Part shown: positions 1 to 6,674 of the stretch, one piece after another | Position numbering within the stretch: the stretch's first letter is position 1 | Layout of the letters: every line of letters starts with the position of its first letter | Origin: a virus | Lineage: Duplodnaviria; Caudoviricetes | Length of the DNA stretch: 35,207 nucleotides | Virus record (IMG/VR): IMGVR_UViG_3300025639_000010 | Coordinates: 1 to 35,207 of that record | Direction: 5' to 3' (one strand) | Notes under the pieces: generated by a model | What the model saw: only the letters and a program-made list of their open reading frames with translations | Databases searched by the model: none | What the model was told of the DNA's origin: nothing | Program-made: the position numbers and the translations under genes

Positions 1-123
1 TGTGCTCTGGTTTGAAGTGTAGCATCTGGTCTAAAAGTGGTACAAAAATGTGTGGGGGTATTAAACAATAGGTCGGAGCGATTTCCCCCCTTGCCATAAT
101 ATGGCACACTGTGGGGCGTGGTG

Positions 124-139
124 TGTTCCACGTGAAACA
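124..139. promoter_or_regulatory. parS-type centromere site (ParB binding)
   Basis: TGTTCCACGTGAAACA matches the conserved bacterial parS consensus TGTTNCACGTGAAACA at all positions. Confidence 0.75.
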
Positions 140-169
140 ATAGCACAGCGTGTATGTGTACTGCAAAGT

Positions 170-185
170 TGGCACGATTCTTGCA
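170..185 (+). promoter_or_regulatory. sigma54 -24/-12 element
   Basis: TGGCAC-GATTC-TTGCA matches TGGCAC-N5-TTGCW. Confidence 0.7.
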
Positions 186-215
186 TGACCTACACGTTAT
201 TTGTAGCTCATTTGT

Positions 216-231
216 TGGCACGTTTCTTGCA
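216..231 (+). promoter_or_regulatory. sigma54 -24/-12 element
   Basis: TGGCAC-GTTTC-TTGCA. Confidence 0.7.
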
Positions 232-241
232 TAGTGACGAG

Positions 242-258
242 CGCACTACTTTGGTGCA
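242..258. promoter_or_regulatory. NtrC-type enhancer-binding-protein site
   Basis: CGCACTACTTTGGTGCA versus consensus TGCACCA-N3-TGGTGCA; lies between the convergent sigma54 sites. Confidence 0.55.
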
Positions 259-288
259 TGGCATAAATTTTTCACCTATGACGAACCA

Positions 289-304
289 AGCAATAACCAT
301 GCCA
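289..304 (-). promoter_or_regulatory. sigma54 -24/-12 element
   Basis: minus strand reads TGGCAT-GGTTA-TTGCT. Confidence 0.6.
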
Positions 305-324
305 ACTTAACCTATACTTAGCCT

Positions 325-340
325 AGCAAGAACCATGCCA
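325..340 (-). promoter_or_regulatory. sigma54 -24/-12 element
   Basis: minus strand reads TGGCAT-GGTTC-TTGCT. Confidence 0.6.
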
Positions 341-471
341 AATGCAAAATCCATGCTCTACGCTCAAACAGTGAATTCTGAATATAAAGCCGCTCACAAG
401 GCGTAAACCTAAAACCTGTACCACTGCACTACCTACACCCTAAACGGGGCGTAAGCAGAGTTACTAACAGG

Positions 472-570
472 TTATCCACAGGCTGTAAGTCACTGATTTA
501 TAAGGCTTTTATTTTACGCCTAAACACGCTATCCACAGGTTATCCACAGGTTATCCACAGGTTATCCACA
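472..570 (+). promoter_or_regulatory. DnaA box cluster (4 perfect + 1 near-perfect)
   Basis: TTATCCACA at 472-480, 540-548, 551-559 and 562-570; CTATCCACA at 529-537; the last four have an 11-bp period. Confidence 0.8.
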
Positions 571-584
571 CCGCTCTCAAAACT

Positions 585-600
585 TGGCACACTTCTTGCT
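585..600 (+). promoter_or_regulatory. sigma54 -24/-12 element
   Basis: TGGCAC-ACTTC-TTGCT. Confidence 0.7.
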
Positions 601-648
601 ACGTGTGTGTGCGCTTCTTTTAAGCAAAGCCAACAACTCCATGCCCTA

Positions 649-667
649 AATGATAATGATTCTCAGT
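649..667. promoter_or_regulatory. Fur box
   Basis: AATGATAATGATTCTCAGT versus gammaproteobacterial Fur consensus AATGANAATNATTNTCATT (1 mismatch). Confidence 0.65.
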
Positions 668-712
668 AGCGTTACCGATCTTCTGTTGATACTTTACTTT
701 AAAAACATGCCC

Positions 713-765
713 TAAGTCATTGATATTTGCCAATGCAAATTAATTTCACTCGTAAGTTATTGATT
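713..765 (-). promoter_or_regulatory. two IHF consensus sites
   Basis: minus strand TATCAATGACTTA (713-725) and AATCAATAACTTA (753-765) match WATCAA-N4-TTR; near-match at 486-498. Confidence 0.55.
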
Positions 766-784
766 TATAAGGGTTTTCTAGTTA

Positions 785-804
785 GTTTGGCTTGCAAGTG
801 AAAT
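785..804. repeat. 20-bp palindromic repeat copy 1 (degenerate right half)
   Basis: GTTTGGCTTGCAAGTGAAAT, immediately upstream of the -35 of the first promoter. Confidence 0.6.
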
Positions 805-810
805 AAAGTG

Positions 811-839
811 TTGACGGCCTGAAAGTATGGTGATAATCT
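811..839 (+). promoter_or_regulatory. early host sigma70 promoter
   Basis: TTGACG (811-816), 17-bp spacer, extended -10 TGn-TAATCT (831-839), upstream of the first gene. Confidence 0.7.
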
Positions 840-881
840 GGTGTCGACTTCAACAACAACCAACCAAAAAAGAGGCATATT

Positions 882-1559
882 ATGAACACATTAACAACAA
901 CACAAACAGTAGTAAATGAAGACGCAAAGTTAGACCATAACCTAGCAAGTGACATACTCAGTAAACATGTGTTAGACCATGTTAAGGCAGAAACAAGCAC
1001 TACTGTAGCTGATGCAGGGATTAATGAGTACTTAAAAAATACCTTGATCGGTGTACCACTGACTGATGCAGTCAAAAATATCCAACAGGATTTCAACATA
1101 ATACTGTTTTGTAATTGGGAGCAACAAGCAAAGATTAGAAAGCTCTTGAATAATAGACTTTCCAACTTTACTAAGAAAGGAACAAAAGACAGTAAAGCAT
1201 ACAAAATGCAATCCGATTCAAGAGCTTTGGGTATGGAGTTGGAGCTTGGACGGGGCAAAAGTAAAGAGAAATTGCTTAAGCAAGCATACTATGCCAATAA
1301 AGCACGTAATGCAGGTGTATATACACCTGAGGACGTTAGTACAGGTTACAGCCCTTTTGTTATCACTATTAAAGAACCTACACCAGAAAAAGAACCTACA
1401 CCAGAAAAAGAAACTCAAGAAACAGAACAGTTTAACGGCATGTCGCACTTAATTGCCGCTTACAAAGTAGTGTTAGACAAACACAATAACGGTTCAGGCA
1501 CCCTGATCGGCTCAGAATATGATCGGATTGTTGCTAGTCTCCAAGTACTACAAGGCTAA
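882..1559 (+). CDS. first early protein, hypothetical (225 aa)
   Basis: RBS GAGG, directly after the sigma70 promoter; basic central region; KEPTPE x2 linker from an 18-bp tandem repeat at 1371-1406. Confidence 0.85.
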   Translation: MNTLTTTQTVVNEDAKLDHNLASDILSKHVLDHVKAETSTTVADAGINEYLKNTLIGVPLTDAVKNIQQDFNIILFCNWEQQAKIRKLLNNRLSNFTKKGTKDSKAYKMQSDSRALGMELELGRGKSKEKLLKQAYYANKARNAGVYTPEDVSTGYSPFVITIKEPTPEKEPTPEKETQETEQFNGMSHLIAAYKVVLDKHNNGSGTLIGSEYDRIVASLQVLQG

Positions 1560-1560
1560 A

Positions 1561-1580
1561 GTTTAGATTGCAAGCCAAAC
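1561..1580. repeat. 20-bp palindromic repeat copy 2
   Basis: GTTTAGATTGCAAGCCAAAC. Confidence 0.95.
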
Positions 1581-1586
1581 CTAACA

Positions 1587-1602
1587 AGAGCATGGACGCT
1601 CT
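1587..1602 (+). promoter_or_regulatory. CsrA/RsmA-type hairpin
   Basis: AGAGC-ATGGAC-GCTCT: ANGGAN hexaloop on a 5-bp stem. Confidence 0.6.
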
Positions 1603-1630
1603 ACACTTAACCTAAACCGAGGGCAATAAA

Positions 1631-1822
1631 ATGAACACACTAACACTTGATAAAACATACTTAAATCATAATCTACATGTAGCGTTAGCTTTGGAACTAA
1701 AATTAAATCCGCTATCATTTGAAGCCTTTTTAAAGCAAGGTGCTACATTGAAACCACTATTTCAGGTAATGGGCGCACTAGAATCACTTGACTTTTTGCA
1801 GTCTTATTTCGACAATCTGTAG
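1631..1822 (+). CDS. hypothetical early protein
   Basis: RBS GAGG, ORF bounded by repeat modules. Confidence 0.75.
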   Translation: MNTLTLDKTYLNHNLHVALALELKLNPLSFEAFLKQGATLKPLFQVMGALESLDFLQSYFDNL

Positions 1823-1823
1823 A

Positions 1824-1843
1824 CTTTGGATTGCAAGCCAAAC
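1824..1843. repeat. 20-bp palindromic repeat copy 3
   Basis: CTTTGGATTGCAAGCCAAAC. Confidence 0.95.
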
Positions 1844-1849
1844 CTAACA

Positions 1850-1865
1850 AGAGCAAGGACGCTCT
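1850..1865 (+). promoter_or_regulatory. CsrA/RsmA-type hairpin
   Basis: AGAGC-AAGGAC-GCTCT. Confidence 0.6.
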
Positions 1866-1899
1866 TTAACCTAAACCTAACAAGAGCGAGAATAACATC

Positions 1900-2133
1900 A
1901 TGTATAACTACCTAGTAGAAATAGCACGAGAACGTACGGAAATAAAAGTATTCACAACTAAAAAGCAAGCACTTGATTGTTTTGCTTACTATGAAGGTTT
2001 CTACGATATAAAAGTATTCCAAGGTGCGTATTCTCAATCAAATACTTTTGGACGGGAATACCTAGTTAAACGGGGATATATATTTGACAATGAGCCAGTA
2101 TACGAGTATGGTTGTTTTCAAGGCGAACACTAA
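1900..2133 (+). CDS. hypothetical early protein
   Basis: ORF between repeat modules, RBS GAG. Confidence 0.75.
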   Translation: MYNYLVEIARERTEIKVFTTKKQALDCFAYYEGFYDIKVFQGAYSQSNTFGREYLVKRGYIFDNEPVYEYGCFQGEH

Positions 2134-2134
2134 A

Positions 2135-2154
2135 GTTTAGATTGCAAGCCAAAC
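2135..2154. repeat. 20-bp palindromic repeat copy 4
   Basis: GTTTAGATTGCAAGCCAAAC. Confidence 0.95.
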
Positions 2155-2160
2155 CTAACA

Positions 2161-2176
2161 AGAGCAAGGACGTTCT
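2161..2176 (+). promoter_or_regulatory. CsrA/RsmA-type hairpin
   Basis: AGAGC-AAGGAC-GTTCT (G-U wobble preserves the stem). Confidence 0.6.
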
Positions 2177-2210
2177 ACACTTTAACCACACACACAAGAG
2201 GGTACACGTT

Positions 2211-2315
2211 ATGAAACCATCACTAGTAATTATTTTAGTTTTATCAGGGATAGTAGGTATGCTATCAAGTCTCTATTACTTATGGTGCACTGTCGCAGTG
2301 TTAGCCAGTTTATAA
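2211..2315 (+). CDS. small hydrophobic membrane peptide (34 aa)
   Basis: GAGG RBS before ATG 2211; MKPSLVIILVLSGIVGMLSSLYYLW... Confidence 0.6.
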   Translation: MKPSLVIILVLSGIVGMLSSLYYLWCTVAVLASL

Positions 2316-2335
2316 GTTTAGATTGCAAGCCAAAC
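2316..2335. repeat. 20-bp palindromic repeat copy 5
   Basis: GTTTAGATTGCAAGCCAAAC. Confidence 0.95.
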
Positions 2336-2355
2336 TCAACCAAGAGGGTACGATA

Positions 2356-3147
2356 ATGAATAAGTTAACCAAAGCAGTAAAACAAACACTAACACCACGC
2401 AAGGCAAATGGAGCAGTAGTTTACAAAGGCATCAGTCAACTAGACGGAATCACAGAAATAGTAGTAATAGTTACAGGGTTAGAAAACCCTACCAACAATG
2501 TTAAAACAGGTGACATGCTCCAAGCATGGGTGCTCATAGAAAACACACCACCTCACGAAGCGGTTAAATCAGGGTTAGACTATGCTATATGCGGTGACTG
2601 TATACATCGTGGCACGACTTGCTACGTGACAGTACACCAAGCACCACTGGCAATATGGAAAGCGTACAAGAGAGGTAACTATACCGATCTAACAAGTTTG
2701 GATTGCAAGCCAAACCGTGAGCAACTATGTGCCACATACGCAACCGCAGAACAAGGTAGAAACTTAAGGATTGGAGCGTATGGCGACCCAAGCGCAGTAC
2801 CTGTAGAAGTATGGCAAGAACTAGCGACTACCGCAGACACCACTACAGGGTACACACACCAGTGGAAAAACCCTAAGCATGCACAACTTAAGTACTTGAC
2901 GATGGCAAGCGCAGATTCTGTAGCTGACTTCAATCAAGCGCAAGCGTTAGGGTGGCGTACGTTTAGAGTTAAGAACGCAAACGATCACCTTTTAGAGTCC
3001 GAAGTAGTATGCCCTAGCACTACCGTAGGGCTATCATGCGCTGATTGTGGGGCGTGTAAAGGGCTAAAAGGAACACGACCACTGCGATCAAACATAGTGA
3101 TTGACGTACACGGTAGAGGTGTTAAAGCATTTGGATTGCAAGCCTAA
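2356..3147 (+). CDS. Cys-rich phage protein, Gp88-like / radical-SAM-like Fe-S protein
   Basis: GAGG RBS before ATG 2356; N-x-KTG, CGDC...CY, RIGAYGDP, GYTH, MASADS, C-terminal CP..CADCGAC and HG motifs. Confidence 0.6.
   Translation: MNKLTKAVKQTLTPRKANGAVVYKGISQLDGITEIVVIVTGLENPTNNVKTGDMLQAWVLIENTPPHEAVKSGLDYAICGDCIHRGTTCYVTVHQAPLAIWKAYKRGNYTDLTSLDCKPNREQLCATYATAEQGRNLRIGAYGDPSAVPVEVWQELATTADTTTGYTHQWKNPKHAQLKYLTMASADSVADFNQAQALGWRTFRVKNANDHLLESEVVCPSTTVGLSCADCGACKGLKGTRPLRSNIVIDVHGRGVKAFGLQA
2696..2715. repeat. 20-bp palindromic repeat copy 6 (intragenic)
   Basis: GTTTGGATTGCAAGCCAAAC, read as SLDCKPN. Confidence 0.95.
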
Positions 3148-3148
3148 C
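3129..3148. repeat. 20-bp palindromic repeat copy 7
   Basis: ATTTGGATTGCAAGCCTAAC, overlaps a stop codon. Confidence 0.9.
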
Positions 3149-3184
3149 TTATTACCCTACACCTAACAACATTGGAGACTAACC

Positions 3185-3658
3185 ATGAAACACTTACAAC
3201 CAGAGTACGTACTAGTAGGATTACGGGTTTACGTATACTTTAATCTACACCGTAAATGCTTTAGTGTTAAAGCACTAGAGGGTGAACACAAAGGGCGTGT
3301 AGTCCACCATACAGACAGTCTGTACCTACTTGATGTAACCTTTAAGGTTAGTCAAAAGGGGCGTGAGCGTGTCCTTAGAACTAAACGCAAGAACGTACAT
3401 GCAGGAGTTGTGGGTACTTTTGTTACAACCTTTCAGGTAGCCGATCCTGTAGACTCTGGCCAGCCTGTAACGTACAACCCGTACTTGTACACCAGTTTTG
3501 TAAGAGCAGACACGCTAACACCAGTATACACAGCAGGTGCTGTTTACTTAAGAGGACGTACTATTACGAGGTGGAATTCTTGGTACGAGCCTGTGGTACT
3601 AGAATACACTACGAAAGGAAGTTTAGCTTGCAATCCAAACTCAACAACAGGAGACTAA
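3185..3658 (+). CDS. conserved hypothetical phage protein
   Basis: GGAG RBS; VYFNLHRKCFSV, GRERVLRTKRKNVHA and VTYNPY motifs of a recurrent phage family. Confidence 0.8.
   Translation: MKHLQPEYVLVGLRVYVYFNLHRKCFSVKALEGEHKGRVVHHTDSLYLLDVTFKVSQKGRERVLRTKRKNVHAGVVGTFVTTFQVADPVDSGQPVTYNPYLYTSFVRADTLTPVYTAGAVYLRGRTITRWNSWYEPVVLEYTTKGSLACNPNSTTGD
3621..3640. repeat. 20-bp palindromic repeat copy 8
   Basis: GTTTAGCTTGCAATCCAAAC, read as SLACNPN. Confidence 0.95.
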
Positions 3659-3659
3659 A

Positions 3660-3875
3660 ATGAGCTACAGATCAGAACAGTGGTACGTGTGTGATTCATG
3701 CGGTGATGAAAAGCCCGAAGAACAGTTTAGCCTAGTATGCGTAGAGTGTTGCGTAGAATGCGAAGATGAACAGATGATAGCGGATGAAGAGGAAGCAGAA
3801 TATGAAGCCGAACAAGCCAAGCTACAAGCCAACATTGCGGAAACAAACCTTACACTACAAGCGCACAACTTGTAA
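3660..3875 (+). CDS. small acidic zinc-ribbon-like protein
   Basis: CDSC...CVECCVEC motifs, acidic tail, GGAG RBS. Confidence 0.7.
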   Translation: MSYRSEQWYVCDSCGDEKPEEQFSLVCVECCVECEDEQMIADEEEAEYEAEQAKLQANIAETNLTLQAHNL

Positions 3876-3943
3876 GGCACAGCGTGAACGCAGAGAGCAG
3901 AAGCAAGCACATGAAGCGTTCAAAGATAACTTGATATACTAGG

Positions 3944-4016
3944 TAACCCCTTGATTTATAAGGGATAAAATTAAATACAAATAAGTGTTGACACCCTTTA
4001 AACAACACTTTATACT
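3944..4016 (+). promoter_or_regulatory. second early sigma70 promoter with upstream IHF site
   Basis: TTGACA (3988-3993), 17 bp, TATACT (4011-4016); IHF consensus at 3944-3956 on the minus strand. Confidence 0.8.
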
Positions 4017-4051
4017 TGACTTAACTTTTACACACCAACAGGAGAAACACC

Positions 4052-4261
4052 ATGATGTTACTACGTTATGACACCAAAGCACAGTTAAAAGCAAGCATAG
4101 GCAAGCCCCTAAACTATACAGAAACAAGTATGTTTGGAGCAGAGTACAAACCTAACGGTAAGTTTGCAGGAGCACGTAGACCACACCTTTTAGGCGGTAA
4201 AGGGCGTGAGTGGTTTGCTGAAATCACTATGGTTAACGGCTTGATTCACAAAGTAAGCTAA
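4052..4261 (+). CDS. conserved hypothetical phage protein
   Basis: AGGAG RBS; Y-x-ETS-x-FG-x-EY and REWFAEITM motifs. Confidence 0.8.
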   Translation: MMLLRYDTKAQLKASIGKPLNYTETSMFGAEYKPNGKFAGARRPHLLGGKGREWFAEITMVNGLIHKVS

Positions 4262-4281
4262 CTTTAGCTTGCAATCCAAAC
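4262..4281. repeat. 20-bp palindromic repeat copy 9
   Basis: CTTTAGCTTGCAATCCAAAC. Confidence 0.95.
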
Positions 4282-4283
4282 AC

Positions 4284-4299
4284 AGAGCAAGGACGCTCT
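4284..4299 (+). promoter_or_regulatory. CsrA/RsmA-type hairpin
   Basis: AGAGC-AAGGAC-GCTCT. Confidence 0.6.
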
Positions 4300-4327
4300 A
4301 CACCTAAACTAACAACAGGAGAACACC

Positions 4328-5035
4328 ATGTACACAACCAGAAGTATGCCCCTACGTAAAGTAGGTAAGTTGATGAGTTTTATCAACCAATTGAACGATA
4401 AGCATGAAGCTAGTGAAGCCCTGAGCTACGAAATGGGATCATGCCACCTACGTAAAGGTAACGCCTTCTTGTACATTCAGAATGAACAAGGCAACGTGTT
4501 ACCAGAAATGGAGTCAGCTATCATACAACATATAGCCACTGGTCTTATATTCACAGACCGTACATCATTACTTGATGACCTCGCTCAGCAAGAGTACTTA
4601 CGCCACTTGTTACTGACTAGCGGTCAGGTAGAAGTCACGTTCCGCAAGAAGAACGGTGACATGAGAACCATGAATATACACATGAACAGTATGTGGATGC
4701 GTAAAAACTCAGAGTTATTGAAGATAGTACCTGAAGGAGAGTATCCTGCCACGTATGTTATGCGTACCTTACTACGTATCAAGGAAGATGACACAGAAAA
4801 CACTGCATGGACAGTGTGGGACGTAGAATGTAAGGGTTGGAGAAGATTCAGACTAGACAGCGTAGTACGCATGAAGTCGCAGAGTCGCTTACTCTTACGT
4901 GTAGTAGATGACGCTGAGTTTGAAGCAGACACCAGTGCAGACAAGGATGCGCTGTATCAAGACTGTTACGATGTTATGAAAGAGATCAAGACACTGGAAG
5001 ACCTTTACCGAAACACACCATCTTACGGAGCATAG
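4328..5035 (+). CDS. WYL_2/DUF2693 SH3-like domain protein
   Basis: VEVTFRKKNGDMRTM ... VWDVECKGWRRFRLDSV signature. Confidence 0.7.
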   Translation: MYTTRSMPLRKVGKLMSFINQLNDKHEASEALSYEMGSCHLRKGNAFLYIQNEQGNVLPEMESAIIQHIATGLIFTDRTSLLDDLAQQEYLRHLLLTSGQVEVTFRKKNGDMRTMNIHMNSMWMRKNSELLKIVPEGEYPATYVMRTLLRIKEDDTENTAWTVWDVECKGWRRFRLDSVVRMKSQSRLLLRVVDDAEFEADTSADKDALYQDCYDVMKEIKTLEDLYRNTPSYGA

Positions 5036-5037
5036 CA

Positions 5038-5448
5038 ATGACTTACTTAACACCAAGCGTGGAAGAACAAATGGAAGCACAGTTAACTGAGCAACAGTTA
5101 ACAACACTAGAACAGGAAGCAGAGGTATTCAAAACTCTACTGACTGAGTTAACGAGTCGCACTATAATAATTGCGTTAGTACACCAACGTAAACACGCCA
5201 GTGCGATACATGGAATCAGAATGTTCGCAGACAGTATAGACGGCATAGCCGCTTGTACTATTGCATGTGATGCTGACGTAAGCCAAGCACACATGAGCTT
5301 GATCTTGGACTACAGGAACTGGCTGTGTGACAGACTGAGAACAGGGGAATTAAACATTCATGGCAAACATATGTGTGCTATGTACGACCCTGAAATAACA
5401 GACAGCATAGTTTGGGATTGCAAGCCAAACTCAACCAAGGAGCAATAA
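5038..5448 (+). CDS. hypothetical protein
   Basis: GGAG RBS, contiguous in the early operon. Confidence 0.75.
   Translation: MTYLTPSVEEQMEAQLTEQQLTTLEQEAEVFKTLLTELTSRTIIIALVHQRKHASAIHGIRMFADSIDGIAACTIACDADVSQAHMSLILDYRNWLCDRLRTGELNIHGKHMCAMYDPEITDSIVWDCKPNSTKEQ
5411..5430. repeat. 20-bp palindromic repeat copy 10
   Basis: TTTGGGATTGCAAGCCAAAC, read as VWDCKPN. Confidence 0.9.
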
Positions 5449-5449
5449 C

Positions 5450-5863
5450 ATGGGAGCACGGTACACAGACCTACGGTTTGAACCGCTTAACAAGGAAGAA
5501 CGTAACCTTATGAACTGGGGTGGATTTAGTAAGTGGATGACAGGTAGAGCAGATACTGCAAAGCGTGTCAGTGGTTCAGTGAGTAAGTGGACAGACGGCA
5601 AGGTCACATGTAGTCGTATTCCTGCTACTAAGAACGTACCACACGGGGGTTTAATACTGCACCTTAAGTACGAGGGCTACACGGGAGCAGACATTAAGTG
5701 TATGTTTCCCTTTCCCCGTGAAGAGATCGACCGCATACTAGACCGTGCGGTTGGTTGGACAGAGGAAGACGGGAACAAGGTAAGCTACGACCTAAACACC
5801 AACAGAGAGTACCGCCAGTTGATGGGTGCTTATCCTTTACAACACGAACAGGAGTACAAGTAA
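5450..5863 (+). CDS. hypothetical protein
   Basis: AAGGAG RBS, contiguous. Confidence 0.75.
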   Translation: MGARYTDLRFEPLNKEERNLMNWGGFSKWMTGRADTAKRVSGSVSKWTDGKVTCSRIPATKNVPHGGLILHLKYEGYTGADIKCMFPFPREEIDRILDRAVGWTEEDGNKVSYDLNTNREYRQLMGAYPLQHEQEYK

Positions 5864-6234
5864 TGGCTAAACTAATATTAAGTCTACAACCACGAACTAA
5901 CAGCAAGTCGTACAGGTATCTACATCGGTCAGCTATGTTAGCGTTTGACCCTGCTGACCATCACAACCTATCCTTTAAGATGCATGGTAGGGACAGCCCA
6001 GTACCAAGGTTGTCGTTTACAATCAATCAGCCAGAGGTAAACGTAGACTCAACAGGCACGGGTAGGGTGTACGACATACACCTTAAGAACAAGCTGATTA
6101 GGTTCAGGGACATGATGCGTTTATGGGGCATCTGTAGCGCAAGCACAGACTACTCGTATCTTGTTATCCGTGAGTCCACAGACAGCGTACTAGACTACAT
6201 GAGGTATGAGAATACACAACGGGGAGGTGAGTGA
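5863..6234 (+). CDS. hypothetical protein
   Basis: TAATG overlap and AGGAG RBS support ATG 5863 rather than 5755. Confidence 0.7.
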   Translation: MAKLILSLQPRTNSKSYRYLHRSAMLAFDPADHHNLSFKMHGRDSPVPRLSFTINQPEVNVDSTGTGRVYDIHLKNKLIRFRDMMRLWGICSASTDYSYLVIRESTDSVLDYMRYENTQRGGE

Positions 6235-6419
6235 TGACAACGTACTCAAAACAGAGCTTGTTTTTAGAGCAAGCACCTTGTTTCAACTTTGAACTAGACG
6301 CAGACGGGTTGGTAGCTAAAGGGTTAGAAGTAGGTTTCATTACTAAAGTAGGGGATGATCTGTATGAACGTAATGACAACTACGGTTATGCCTTACAAAA
6401 CAAATTTAGAGGAGAATGA
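6231..6419 (+). CDS. small hypothetical phage protein
   Basis: GGAGG RBS, overlapping stop/start. Confidence 0.7.
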   Translation: MMTTYSKQSLFLEQAPCFNFELDADGLVAKGLEVGFITKVGDDLYERNDNYGYALQNKFRGE

Positions 6420-6637
6420 AAATGGGTAGAGTAAAGAGTTGGTTTATGAACTTTGATGTAGCAGACGAGCAAGAGTACGATCAAGGTGAGTACGTGCAAG
6501 CACATGATATGCAGTCCAATATGTTACCTGTATATCCTAAGCACGATGTGCAGGTAGGTGAAATGGTAGCAGGTGAAGAGCCTACCGCACAGGATTGGGC
6601 TGAGTACACCCACTACATGCAGTCCAACGGGCTGTAA
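6416..6637 (+). CDS. small acidic hypothetical protein
   Basis: ATGA overlap, GAGGAG RBS. Confidence 0.7.
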   Translation: MKMGRVKSWFMNFDVADEQEYDQGEYVQAHDMQSNMLPVYPKHDVQVGEMVAGEEPTAQDWAEYTHYMQSNGL

Positions 6638-6642
6638 GTAAA

Positions 6643-6662
6643 CTTTAGATTGCAATCTAAAC
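6643..6662. repeat. 20-bp palindromic repeat copy 11
   Basis: CTTTAGATTGCAATCTAAAC (perfect 18-bp palindrome), just before the RNAP RBS. Confidence 0.95.
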
Positions 6663-6674
6663 TAAGGACACAAC

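Noticed and set aside
1-100. Terminal direct repeat / exact genome end
   Set aside because: Gene order implies the left end is near, but the right end is outside the window, so no repeat can be verified.
101-310. 69-aa ORF in the left leader
   Set aside because: No RBS; it overlaps the parS, sigma54 and NtrC sites and is likely incidental.
390-399. lac-operator-like CCGCTCACAA
   Set aside because: Only a partial half-site; compatible with chance.
1561-4281. Palindromic repeats as a CRISPR array or integron attC sites
   Set aside because: Spacers are 160-620 bp, irregular and gene-containing; no cas or integrase gene; copies also occur in-frame inside genes.
6643-6662. Palindrome as an Irr/ICE iron box (TTTRGAA-N3-TTCYAAA)
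   Set aside because: The ends are similar, but the spacing is 1 bp longer and the invariant TTGCAA core does not fit.
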